64,000 nt of DNA from an uncultured Chlamydiae bacterium (GCA_937996705.1 CALKUQ010000018.1:8400-72399); one strand, 5' to 3'. Shown: positions 35,000-44,877, counted from the first letter of the stretch. The notes: generated from the letters alone by a model not told the origin. Program-made: numbers and translations.

Positions 35000-37472
35000 A
35001 AGCCTCTTTTGAAACTAGAGTATCATCCTTATAGATCTGAATCAGGCGAGGCTTTCCAGAATCGTAATACTTACTAATTTTCCCCTCTTTTTTACCATCT
35101 TTAAATTCCCCTTCATAGATAAGAACCCCCTCTTCATTCCAGGATTGAGAAGGACCATCTTGTTTTCCATACTTATAAGATACAAGCGCTGATAGTTTCC
35201 CATTAGGGTAGAAAGTTTTTTCTTCGCCGTTAATCTCTTGATTCACAAAATTGGAAATTTTATAAACACTTCCCTCAGGGTAGTATTGTATAGTTTCACC
35301 ATTTTGCTTATCGTTGGTAAAATTCATCTTCGCAAGGAGCTGCCCTTTTTCATTATAAAGGGTCGCCTCCCCCTCTTTTTTCCCATTAACAAAATGTGAC
35401 ACTGCGATTTTATTCCCAGCCTCACTATACTCGAGCACTTCCCCTTCGATTAATCCATTTACATAGACTGCCTCAAACGCCTTGACCTTTCCATACTTAG
35501 GGTGAAGAGGGTAGTAAACTTCATAAGGGCCCTCTTTCCTATTTTTTACGTAAGTGCAAACAACTTCTCTTCCCTTCTGATCCATTTGTCTTAATACACC
35601 ATGCAGCTTTCCCTGTTCATAGTAGCCCTCTTCAAGAACATCGCCCTCTTGATTAAAAAGGGCTTTTTTCCCATGCAATAGGCCATCTTTATAGGTCATG
35701 ATAGATTGTAAATTGCCATTAGGATAAAACATTTTTTGTTCCCCATCCATCTCACCTTTGCTGTTATACAAGCAAAGTCTCAACAGACCCTGTTGCTTTT
35801 CAAAAAACTCTTTTTGCTCCCCTACCTGTTTTCCCTCTTTATAAATTTTTGTAAAGGCTAACATTCCATCCTCAAACCAACCCTCTACCACCCCCTCAGG
35901 CTTATCATTTTGATAATTAGCCTTGAGTTTCAACTGTCCATTTTCATGGTATTCTAATGTTTTTCCATGGCGCGCTCCATGGGAAACTTCGACAATCTCT
36001 TTAGGACGATCTTTTCCATAAAATGCTTTAAGAGTTCCTTTAGCTTTCCCCTTGTTGTCGAAAGTCTCTTCTAAAATTAACTCTCCTTTCTCATTCCATT
36101 GGCAATGCGTCCCCGTAATTACCCCTTTCTGAAAATTAGCTCTCTCTCTTTCTACCCCATTTTCATACCAGGTTTGATGCATTCCAGAAGGTTCTCCCTC
36201 TTTGTAGCTACGTTTAGATTTGAGCTTTCCACTCTCATACCATTCACTAATCTCCCCTTCCACCTTTCCATCTTGATAGTTAGCCTCTAACGCTTTAACA
36301 CCATTTTGATGCCACTCAGTTCCGATCCCTGTTAATTTGCCCTCTTTGGTGTAAGTATAAGACTTATGCTGAGATCCATTTTCAAACCACTCTTTTTGTG
36401 CACCTGTAAAAACCCCTTCGTGATAGGCATAATCGACAAGAAGCATCCCTTTATCACTCCATTTGCGAAGCCTTCCATCCAGTTTTTCATTTTTTAAAGA
36501 GTACTCAGCGATCTCTTTTCCATTTTCTGCATATTCTTTAATAGGCTTAAGTAATTCTCCCTTTTCATTATACTCTGCATAAAATTTGTAATGGCCATTT
36601 TCATATTTTAACCAACTTTTTCCTACCCTATTTCCATCTTTATAGGTAGTTTCACCTACCTGATCACCTGTAAGTGAAAACGCTTTAGCAACTCCGTGCA
36701 TTTTTCCGTTTTTGTAACTTACCTTATCTGCTTCCCTTCCATTAGGGTGATAGACTACGTGAGATCCAACAGGTACCCCCCTATCAAAATGTCGTACTGA
36801 AAAAATTGCCCCAAGCTCATCATAGGCAACCAGTGCAGGCGTATTCCCCGAATCATTCTCCTTGTCGGCTAGATAAGAGACCTTAATTTTAACCACCCCG
36901 TTTTCATACCACTCGGTTCCAAATCCCTCTTTCAGTCCATTTACATAAGAGACAATCGATTTTCTTTTACCATTTGGATAAAAACTTAATGCATCACCTT
37001 CAAGTTTACCCTCTTGGAATTCGCATTCAAATTCTTTAGTTCCATCTTCGTAAAATGTCGTTTTTTTACCCAAGAGAACTCCCTGATCAAAAGTCTCTTC
37101 ACTTTTCAACGGACCACTTTGATAGAATTCCTTATGTGGCCCTTGTTTTACACCATTTGCATAGCAAACTATTTCTTTTACTTTTCCTTCAGAATAATAA
37201 TTCACAGAAAGGCCGTGCTGCTTATCTCCTAAAAGATCTTCTTCAACTAAAACTTCTCCCTTTTCTGATAAAAGAACTCTTTTGATAGCTTGTTGCTTTC
37301 CATCAGATCCATCTTCATAAAAATAAATTCCCTTTGCAGATCCATTGGGATAGGTCTCAACAATCTTGGGAGTCCACTCAGGCGCTCTTTGTAATAAATG
37401 CTCTCTTACTATCGGGACCTCATGCGCTACAAGTGATCCCAAAAGAATGGATGCTAAAAAAATAAAGTTCAT
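34992..37472 (-). CDS. secreted MORN-variant (YwqK-like) repeat protein, about 30 repeats
   Basis: Signal peptide MNFIFLASILLGSLVAHE. The unit Y..NG.......Y..G...G recurs throughout (for example FYPNGKLSALVSYKYGKQDGPSQSWNEEG). Its ATG overlaps the stop of the upstream pseudopilin gene (ATGA at 37469-37472). Confidence 0.8.
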   Translation of the reverse strand: MNFIFLASILLGSLVAHEVPIVREHLLQRAPEWTPKIVETYPNGSAKGIYFYEDGSDGKQQAIKRVLLSEKGEVLVEEDLLGDKQHGLSVNYYSEGKVKEIVCYANGVKQGPHKEFYQSGPLKSEETFDQGVLLGKKTTFYEDGTKEFECEFQEGKLEGDALSFYPNGKRKSIVSYVNGLKEGFGTEWYENGVVKIKVSYLADKENDSGNTPALVAYDELGAIFSVRHFDRGVPVGSHVVYHPNGREADKVSYKNGKMHGVAKAFSLTGDQVGETTYKDGNRVGKSWLKYENGHYKFYAEYNEKGELLKPIKEYAENGKEIAEYSLKNEKLDGRLRKWSDKGMLLVDYAYHEGVFTGAQKEWFENGSQHKSYTYTKEGKLTGIGTEWHQNGVKALEANYQDGKVEGEISEWYESGKLKSKRSYKEGEPSGMHQTWYENGVERERANFQKGVITGTHCQWNEKGELILEETFDNKGKAKGTLKAFYGKDRPKEIVEVSHGARHGKTLEYHENGQLKLKANYQNDKPEGVVEGWFEDGMLAFTKIYKEGKQVGEQKEFFEKQQGLLRLCLYNSKGEMDGEQKMFYPNGNLQSIMTYKDGLLHGKKALFNQEGDVLEEGYYEQGKLHGVLRQMDQKGREVVCTYVKNRKEGPYEVYYPLHPKYGKVKAFEAVYVNGLIEGEVLEYSEAGNKIAVSHFVNGKKEGEATLYNEKGQLLAKMNFTNDKQNGETIQYYPEGSVYKISNFVNQEINGEEKTFYPNGKLSALVSYKYGKQDGPSQSWNEEGVLIYEGEFKDGKKEGKISKYYDSGKPRLIQIYKDDTLVSKEAFN

Positions 37473-37918
37473 ACGGCCTTCCTATAAGAGTGTTTTACTT
37501 CAACATTATACTGTTTTTTTAAATGGCTGGCCATAAAAAGAATCAATTTTTCCTCTCCATCAATCCAACCATTTCCATAAAAATAAAATTCCTTTACTAG
37601 ATCTTCTTTACCAAAAACCAATTCGGGCAATTCTACCCGAGATTCTAGTAAAGGCTTAATGTGTTTTGGGGAAAAATCTGTGTTTCTTGTCAGATAGAAC
37701 TTTCCATTTTTCTGCTCTAAGATTAAATGGATATCAATTTGGTAACTAATTGCCAAGCTTTTTGTCAAAAAAATCTCGCTAGTTAACGTTTCACACGAGG
37801 AAGAAAATCGCCTCTCCTGTAGCAGTTTTGTACCTTTATAAATCATAACCGAGCCCATAATCGCTAAAAGGGTCATGCAGACCATAATCTCAATCAGAGT
37901 AAAGTTGCGCTTTCTCGT
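37469..37918 (-). CDS. GspH-like minor pseudopilin; 5' end uncertain (no canonical start upstream of its prepilin motif)
   Basis: The ORF-track start (ATG 37885) falls inside the motif RKRN-FTLIEIMV. The in-frame upstream sequence, from the TAA at 37928-37930, reads E V F T R K R N F T L I E I M. An AAGAGG SD lies 5 nt upstream of the ACG codon at 37916-37918. Confidence 0.6.
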   Translation of the reverse strand, partial: TRKRNFTLIEIMVCMTLLAIMGSVMIYKGTKLLQERRFSSSCETLTSEIFLTKSLAISYQIDIHLILEQKNGKFYLTRNTDFSPKHIKPLLESRVELPELVFGKEDLVKEFYFYGNGWIDGEEKLILFMASHLKKQYNVEVKHSYRKAV

Positions 37919-37961
37919 AAATACCTCTTATTCAACTAGATAGTCGATAAAAACAATACCG

Positions 37962-38429
37962 TTAACCGTCTGCCTGAATTTCCTCTTCATTGAAGTGGAA
38001 AGCCCAAGGATACTCTTCTTGCATCTCTTGGTTTGTCAATTTTTTCTTGTTTTTCAAGAAATTATACCAATTTTTTGAATAGACGATGAAATCGGCCTCT
38101 TTCCCTTCTGTCGGCTCAATTTTTTCAATAATGTATTTTTGATTCCAGCCATCCTTGATTAGCTTGTCCACTCTATTAACAAAACCTGTATTTGCAAGAG
38201 CCTCTTCAGGATTTGCTAAGATCCCCTCAAAGGCATCTTTTTTTTGTGCAATTTGCAGAGTAAGAAAATCATAAACTTGTTTTGAACCGTGTTCACTTTT
38301 AAATGATTTTCCCTCATCGAGACTGCCCTTCATATTATACCCTATCACACTACCAATCAGACCTATAATAAAAATTACAATCATGATCTCAATTAGTGTT
38401 AGCGCCCTTTTTTTTATTTTCATATCCAT
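37962..38429 (-). CDS. gspG: type II secretion major pseudopilin GspG-like
   Basis: N-terminal class III signal MDMKIKKRA-LTLIEIMIVIFIIGLIG with Glu at +5. Position is immediately downstream of gspF. Confidence 0.8.
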   Translation of the reverse strand: MDMKIKKRALTLIEIMIVIFIIGLIGSVIGYNMKGSLDEGKSFKSEHGSKQVYDFLTLQIAQKKDAFEGILANPEEALANTGFVNRVDKLIKDGWNQKYIIEKIEPTEGKEADFIVYSKNWYNFLKNKKKLTNQEMQEEYPWAFHFNEEEIQADG

Positions 38430-38432
38430 ACC

Positions 38433-39617
38433 TCACAATAGAGTTGAAACGTCCGTTAATGGGAGTAATACCGAGAGTAAAACAACTCCGACAATCACCC
38501 CTAAAATAAGCAGCATAACAGGTTGCAAAAGATTTGTAAATTGAACAAGCGTTCTCTCTAGCTGCTCTTCGTAAATATCTGCAACATGTTCTAACATTTC
38601 TGTAGGGCTTCCCGTCTCTTCCGCAGTGGCAAGCATTCGAATCATAAGGGAGGGAAATAGGCCTGATTTTTTTAGTTCATCGGACAGCTTTCTCCCTTGA
38701 ATAATCCCCTCTTCCACGTTTTTTATCGCCACCTCAAAACTGATGTGATTCATCACACTTCTTGAAAGTTTCAAGGCTTCCACGATAGGAACGCCGCTGG
38801 CAAGAAGAACCGCTAACACTCGAGAAAATCGCATCAAAATGCTTTCTGTAAAAATTGTTCTAAAAAATGGAATATATAAAAGCCACTGCTTACATCTATC
38901 TTTAAATGACTTTGTCTTCGCGACAAACACTCCAAAAGTGACCGATAAAACCGCCCCTACAAGATAGAAAGCCAGGTTTTTTTCTAAATTATTAGAGATG
39001 TTTAGAATTGTTTTTGTAATAGGGTGAAGCTCTCTTCCCTCGAGCAATTCCTTCATGGAGGGAATTAAAAAAAGGAAAAGCCCTACTAACACAATCAGAC
39101 AAAATACAGACAAAAATGCAGGATAAATCATTGCAGACCGCATTTGCCTTCGGAATTTCTCATTTCGAGAGACCACTCTATATAACTGAACAAACGCTTT
39201 TTCTAAATTTCCCGTATTTTCTCCAGATGCAATCATCGAAATATAGACGGAATTAAAAGACCTCGGATACGCGCTCAGGGCCTGAGAAAGCGATTTACCT
39301 TGCTTGACTTGATCGCAAAGGTCCAAAAAAAGATAATGAAACTTGTGGGAACGGTATTTCTCTTCAATTGTAAGCAAACTCTCATAGAGAGGCAATCCAG
39401 ACCTTAATAGACCACTTAAATCTCTTGTAAAATGAATGATAGTTTCGGAACCAAGATTGGCCTCTCTCTCCTTTTTTGCAGGTCCCATCTTTGTAACAAC
39501 TATTTCCCGTGCATGCAATCTCTCTTTAGCAAGTTCTAAACTATCCGCATCAATGATTCCCTTAATCATTTTCCCTGAAGAACCAATAGCGACGTATTGA
39601 AATAATGGCATTAACAC
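38433..39617 (-). CDS. gspF: type II secretion system inner-membrane platform protein GspF
   Basis: Duplicated GspF domains, three TM segments and the conserved C-terminal LLQPVMLLILGVIVGVVLLSVLLPL. Confidence 0.9.
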   Translation of the reverse strand: MLMPLFQYVAIGSSGKMIKGIIDADSLELAKERLHAREIVVTKMGPAKKEREANLGSETIIHFTRDLSGLLRSGLPLYESLLTIEEKYRSHKFHYLFLDLCDQVKQGKSLSQALSAYPRSFNSVYISMIASGENTGNLEKAFVQLYRVVSRNEKFRRQMRSAMIYPAFLSVFCLIVLVGLFLFLIPSMKELLEGRELHPITKTILNISNNLEKNLAFYLVGAVLSVTFGVFVAKTKSFKDRCKQWLLYIPFFRTIFTESILMRFSRVLAVLLASGVPIVEALKLSRSVMNHISFEVAIKNVEEGIIQGRKLSDELKKSGLFPSLMIRMLATAEETGSPTEMLEHVADIYEEQLERTLVQFTNLLQPVMLLILGVIVGVVLLSVLLPLTDVSTLL

Positions 39618-41233
39618 TCCTCGTCAAGCTGGCGTGAGACGCGAAGAACCTCTTCAAGAGAAGTGACACCTGAAAGGGCAAGGATCATCCCCTCTTTTCG
39701 AAGGCTGAGCATTCCCTCCTCTGTAGCTATCCTTTGAAGTTGCTGCGCATCGGGACTTTGAAGAATCTGTTGTTTAACTTTTGTAGAAACTGGCATAAAT
39801 TCATAAATTCCTTCTCGTCCCCGGTATCCTGTGTGAAAACAATTCTCACAACCCCTTCCTTTATAAAGAAGAGCCTTATCATCGCCATTATAAGAGAGCT
39901 CCAAGAGCTCATCTGTACTTGGTTTATAAGAAGTTTTGCAGTGGGTACAAATTTTACGAACAAGTCTTTGGGCTAATACTCCAATAAGCGATGAAGAGAG
40001 AAGGTAGGGCTCAACACCCATATCTACAAGTCTTGCGATTGCTGCAGGAGCGTCATTTGTATGAAGTGTACTTACCACTAAATGTCCCGTAAGAGAGGCT
40101 TGAACGGCGATCTCAGCAGTCTCCCTATCACGAATCTCCCCAATCATAATCACATCCGGATCTTGACGCAAAATGTGCCTTAATCCTTTTGCAAAATTTA
40201 ATTGAATTTTCGGATTGACTCCAATTTGCGCTAGCCCCTCAAGCTTGAATTCGACTGGATCTTCGATCGTCATAATATTAATTTCTGGCGATCTAATTTC
40301 AGAAAGTATGCTATAAAGTGTGGTTGTTTTTCCACTTCCTGTTGGACCTGTAACAAGCAAAATTCCCTGACTTTTTTGTATTTGCTTCCTTAATACCTGC
40401 ACCATCTCTTTGCGGATACCCAATTGATCTAAATTTAATTGTTGTTGAGAGGTATCGAAAATCCTAAGGACGACTCTTTCTCCAAAGACAACAGGGACCG
40501 TACTGACACGAAAATCAATTTCTCTTCCCCCCATACGAAGTTTAATCCTTCCATCTTGGGGAAGTCTGTGCTCAGCTATATCAAGCTTGGCAAGCACTTT
40601 GATACGGGTTGCTAAGGGGATTTGAACATCCTTTGAAAGGGTGTGTCTTATCTGTAACATTCCATCTATTCGATAACGGACATGAAGACCTTTTTCAACA
40701 GGCTCCAAATGAATATCTGAAGCAGCACTATTAAGCGCTTCAATTAAAATTGTATTAAAAATTTTTATAATAGAAGAGTCAGATTCACCAGCAAGAAGAT
40801 CGTACTCATCATCACTTTCTATGCTTGTAGCGACGCTACTTTCCTGGTCAAGCTCTTGAATTACAAGAGAGGCGTCCCCATTTTCTCCATAACAACGCTC
40901 AATAGCCTCATCAATTCTATCTCTAGGGGCCAAAACCTCTTTAACGGCTGAACCTGTGATGCATTTAATCTCGCTCGGGGTTTCTAAGTCATAAGGATCA
41001 GAAACAGCAACAAAGATAACTCCCTCTTCTTCTTTCAGGGGAATCACCCCCTTTTTCTTAACATATGCGTAGGGAAGAATTTTGATTTTAGAATCTATAA
41101 AATCAAACTTAAGCAAATCTCTTTCAAATTGGATTCCCGCTTGCTCTGCAATTGTTTCAAGCTCTGCAAACTTATCAAAGCTGAGTAGTCGCGTCATCAG
41201 GGTCTCCAAAGAAAAGGTTGAAACTTTGCTCAA
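39611..41233 (-). CDS. gspE: type II secretion ATPase GspE
   Basis: Walker A VTGPTGSGKTTTLYS, Asp and His boxes (IMIGEIRDRETA, GHLVVSTLHTNDA), a tetracysteine motif (CTHCK...CENC) and an N-terminal MshEN-type domain. Confidence 0.95.
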   Translation of the reverse strand: MSKVSTFSLETLMTRLLSFDKFAELETIAEQAGIQFERDLLKFDFIDSKIKILPYAYVKKKGVIPLKEEEGVIFVAVSDPYDLETPSEIKCITGSAVKEVLAPRDRIDEAIERCYGENGDASLVIQELDQESSVATSIESDDEYDLLAGESDSSIIKIFNTILIEALNSAASDIHLEPVEKGLHVRYRIDGMLQIRHTLSKDVQIPLATRIKVLAKLDIAEHRLPQDGRIKLRMGGREIDFRVSTVPVVFGERVVLRIFDTSQQQLNLDQLGIRKEMVQVLRKQIQKSQGILLVTGPTGSGKTTTLYSILSEIRSPEINIMTIEDPVEFKLEGLAQIGVNPKIQLNFAKGLRHILRQDPDVIMIGEIRDRETAEIAVQASLTGHLVVSTLHTNDAPAAIARLVDMGVEPYLLSSSLIGVLAQRLVRKICTHCKTSYKPSTDELLELSYNGDDKALLYKGRGCENCFHTGYRGREGIYEFMPVSTKVKQQILQSPDAQQLQRIATEEGMLSLRKEGMILALSGVTSLEEVLRVSRQLDEEC

Positions 41234-43586
41234 AGGTCCTGGTCTCTTTGCGTTCTCTGGCCTCTCGAATCTTGTCTAAAAGCGACTCAATATCGCCAGG
41301 TCTTTTCTTGAGCCTATCTTCTCTTATCTTAAGCAAATCGTACCTTGGATCATGAACCACTTTTGGCTTAATAAAAATAAACATCTCATTGGATTTATCA
41401 TTAAGAACCGTTGTACCAAACAATTTTCCTATTCCAGGAATTTCTCCTAAAAACGGAATTTTTTCATTTTTATCTTCTGCTTGCTTGCTGCGAAGACCGC
41501 CTAAAATAATTGTCTGTCCATCCGCAATTCTAACCTGGTTCTTTACTGTCCGCTTGTGCACATCGGGTCTATCTTTTTGACTATCTCTTTTTATATTTTC
41601 AAATGCAATATTATTATCCAAAGTTACATAAACAATGTGATCTGGATCGTCAATATCTGGCTCGTGAATTGTCGGCGTTAAAGTCATTGTGATCCCAAAG
41701 TCGGCACGCTCATAAGAATCTTGAAAAAAAACTTTGTTACTTTGCGTGTCAACTGGAGAAGCCCCATTATTAATCGAAATCTGATCGGTTATAGCAATCG
41801 TGGCTGGAACTTGGTTTAAGGTTATTACCGAAGGGCAAGCAGAAACTCTTACATCTTCTTGCGAGAGTAAAAAATTGTAAGTTACATCAAACGCAGGAAA
41901 TGCTTTTGATGCAGGTCTTGAAAAAAAGAATTCAAAAATCCCTTTCACTACGGGGGAGTCTGTTCGATCATAACTGATTCCTCCAGTCCTATCACCAGAG
42001 GCATTTGACCCTATCTTAAGTAAATTAATTCCTGTTCTTGTAGAACTATTTAAAATTCTTTCACATAAAAGAACCTCTAACTCAACCATTCGTTTCGGAA
42101 TATCAAGCTTTTTGATCACCTCTTTAATTTTTGGAAGGGTATCTTTTCGAACAATCATAAGGACAGATCCCGTCGCAGCATAAGGAATAAAATTATGTTT
42201 TTTTGCCTTTTCTGCTTCCAAAATCATTTGGTCTTGCAAAAACTGTTTATGATTTCCCCCTTGCGCGTCCCAATTTCGATACCCCTCTGGCATCCCTGAT
42301 GGCATTCCCCCATTAGGATCAACAGGAGGAGGAATCATATCCGGAGAGTACCCTGAATCAAAGGACTCCTGGGATCTTACATTCGTAGACTCACCACCCT
42401 CAAGTTTGGAATAGATCAAAGAACCGTAAACCTGCTGTAAAATCTCGGCAAGCTCTATGGGATTACTGTGGCTGCATGTATACCAATAGACTGTCAATTC
42501 TGAGGGGTCATCCATTTGACTTTCAGTCTCTTTCACAACAGCTTCAGCTCTGTCAACAATATCCTGACTTCCAATTAAAATCACACCACTCTCTTTAGCC
42601 AGAGGAATTACCGATAAATCATGCCCCCCCTTAACTGAAATCATAGATTTTGAAGAATCCGAAAGACCATTGAAATAATTTTTTAAAATTTTGATCACTT
42701 CTTCAGATTGCATTCGGAGAGTAGGAATCACTCTCGTTACTTTTGGATACTTTGATTCCCAAATGTTTTCACACATTACCACTAGCTTTTTTACATCTTC
42801 CTGCATTCCAATTAATGCAATTTTCGGCCCTACTTGGTAAATAAATGTGGACTTGGGATCACGAATTCTCTCTAAGAAATAAAATGCACTTTTTAAATTT
42901 TCCGCAGCAGGAGCAAATAGATATGCTACTCTTGCTTTAGCATCTAAAGCATCAAGCTCGTGACGCAAAGAGGCAATACAGCTTACAGCTACTAGATCTT
43001 GCTTCAAAACATAAAGCTGTCTTGTATAGGCGTTTACCTCTTTAACCCCCACCCCATTATATTTCAAAATAGCTTCTACTAAAGAAGGATAACTCTCACG
43101 AGGGATCATTAAAGAAGAATGGAGCTGCAGTTTAATAGAAGCCACTTCCGGAGGAATTACATATAAATAGTCTTGCGATCCATACTCTGTAATAAACTGA
43201 GCTGCAGTTATTTCCTCTTGCTCCCAAATTCCATAAATATCACTTTCTTTTAAAAGCTCTCCTACTTGACCTTCTCTATATTTAGACTCAATTTCATAAA
43301 TTTCACCACGAATGAGATTAACATCTTGCAAGAGTTCTTCAAATTCCTCTTCTGTTGCTTTTTGGGCTACAAGCTGCTCGATAAAGGAATATCTACTTTT
43401 AAGTTCCTTGCGTAGAGAATGTAGCGCAGTATTGATTTTTCCAGAACTTTGATTAGTATCTATCTTAGCCACTTCTCCTTCACTATTAAGTGAAGCTAGC
43501 TTCTCTTCAATTGTCAGAGCTGACAATTGACTAATACATACTAAGCAAGTCACAACTAAATACTTATTCATTTTTCCCTTGCGCAT
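41175..43586 (-). CDS. gspD: type II secretion secretin GspD
   Basis: Signal peptide and a secretin C-domain (IILGGLRSKQ...IPFLGEIPGIGKLFG). A long N-terminal coiled-coil extension. Overlaps gspE by 59 nt. Confidence 0.9.
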   Translation of the reverse strand: MRKGKMNKYLVVTCLVCISQLSALTIEEKLASLNSEGEVAKIDTNQSSGKINTALHSLRKELKSRYSFIEQLVAQKATEEEFEELLQDVNLIRGEIYEIESKYREGQVGELLKESDIYGIWEQEEITAAQFITEYGSQDYLYVIPPEVASIKLQLHSSLMIPRESYPSLVEAILKYNGVGVKEVNAYTRQLYVLKQDLVAVSCIASLRHELDALDAKARVAYLFAPAAENLKSAFYFLERIRDPKSTFIYQVGPKIALIGMQEDVKKLVVMCENIWESKYPKVTRVIPTLRMQSEEVIKILKNYFNGLSDSSKSMISVKGGHDLSVIPLAKESGVILIGSQDIVDRAEAVVKETESQMDDPSELTVYWYTCSHSNPIELAEILQQVYGSLIYSKLEGGESTNVRSQESFDSGYSPDMIPPPVDPNGGMPSGMPEGYRNWDAQGGNHKQFLQDQMILEAEKAKKHNFIPYAATGSVLMIVRKDTLPKIKEVIKKLDIPKRMVELEVLLCERILNSSTRTGINLLKIGSNASGDRTGGISYDRTDSPVVKGIFEFFFSRPASKAFPAFDVTYNFLLSQEDVRVSACPSVITLNQVPATIAITDQISINNGASPVDTQSNKVFFQDSYERADFGITMTLTPTIHEPDIDDPDHIVYVTLDNNIAFENIKRDSQKDRPDVHKRTVKNQVRIADGQTIILGGLRSKQAEDKNEKIPFLGEIPGIGKLFGTTVLNDKSNEMFIFIKPKVVHDPRYDLLKIREDRLKKRPGDIESLLDKIREARERKETRTFEQSFNLFFGDPDDATTQL

Positions 43587-44877
43587 GAATAGCTGTCTCT
43601 TTCTTCTTAAAAGGGGCTATTTTCTTTGGTTCAGAAAAGGCAATTTCGACTTTTTTCACAACAGTGCGCTCTTCATTAAAAAGGCTCCCCGTAAAAAAAG
43701 TCAACCCCTCTTTCTTAACGATTCCATCAAAAATAAAAAGCTCTCCTTTGAGAGTATAGCTTAAACACTCTTTCAATTCAGTAAAAGTTCTCAAATTTCG
43801 AAACCGATCCTTGGAACAGAGAATCCAATCCCCCTTTCTAATAATACTATTTCTATTCAAGAACTGAAAAGTAGCTGAATAATCTGTCCTTTGATGCAAC
43901 TTTAAAAACGATTCTGAGATTTTAAAACTTGGAGGAGCAACCTTTGTAACTGGGAGGAAAAAAGTTTTAGAATAAAATCCCTCTCTACCCCATAACACCA
44001 TCTCACATTTTTGATTATCTATCCCTTTAATCAAAATTAATGGAAAATCCTTACTTCTAAGCTTTTCCTTAACCAATCGCCCCTCTTTCCACACAAACAA
44101 TTCCCCAGGCTTGATATAAAGAGGAGATTCATTCCTTTCACTGTGAATTCGATACAATCCTTTTACATCCTTAAATGACTCTCCTCCATATAATTCTAAA
44201 AGGATGTCTGGATCAAAAATCTTACAGCCATTCAAATACGCTATTATCGGAGATAACTCTACAAGCTCCCCATCAAAGGCCTCTGTGTATTTTATTTCCT
44301 CCAAAGCAACTAACTGACTTTCTGAATAAAAAATGTCCCCCTTTTCAGAACGAAACTCGACATGAAGTTCTACTGAAAGGGCGTTTTCCCCTTTTGAGAT
44401 AACCTGAAACCAAAACGGAGTTTCTACTCCAGAAAACGAAATTTCACTTCCTGACAACCAATTCAAAAAAACTCTCTCCCCCTTAAGAACAAAACGTCTA
44501 AGACCACTCCCCTTAAGCTCTATTAAATAGACCTCCTCACCAATATCAGCATCAGGTCTAACAAAATTTTCAAAAAAGGCTAACTTTCTTGCAACTTCAG
44601 GCAAAAGAAGGGAGGAGACGCGATCACCCCTTAAAGAAATAAAGGAAGAATCTAACAAACCCTCATCCGGCAAAGAAAGTGCTTTTTCAACAGAAACGCT
44701 GTTAGAAAAGCGAGCATTTCCTTGAAAATCAAACTCATAAAGAACAATTGAGCTAATAAACATCCCAAAAGGGATAAAAACAATCAGGCTGAAGAAGATG
44801 ACTATTCCCCAATTCAAAACTCTCTGAATCCTTAAAGACGAAACGCCAACATTCACAAGCATAATTTGCAAATCCAT
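43564..44877 (-). CDS. hypothetical bitopic membrane protein at the head of the T2SS operon (GspC position)
   Basis: 437-aa ORF with a single N-terminal TM (WGIVIFFSLIVFIPFGMFISSIVLY). Overlaps the gspD start by 23 nt. No recognised domain. Confidence 0.6.
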   Translation of the reverse strand: MDLQIMLVNVGVSSLRIQRVLNWGIVIFFSLIVFIPFGMFISSIVLYEFDFQGNARFSNSVSVEKALSLPDEGLLDSSFISLRGDRVSSLLLPEVARKLAFFENFVRPDADIGEEVYLIELKGSGLRRFVLKGERVFLNWLSGSEISFSGVETPFWFQVISKGENALSVELHVEFRSEKGDIFYSESQLVALEEIKYTEAFDGELVELSPIIAYLNGCKIFDPDILLELYGGESFKDVKGLYRIHSERNESPLYIKPGELFVWKEGRLVKEKLRSKDFPLILIKGIDNQKCEMVLWGREGFYSKTFFLPVTKVAPPSFKISESFLKLHQRTDYSATFQFLNRNSIIRKGDWILCSKDRFRNLRTFTELKECLSYTLKGELFIFDGIVKKEGLTFFTGSLFNEERTVVKKVEIAFSEPKKIAPFKKKETAIHAQGKNE

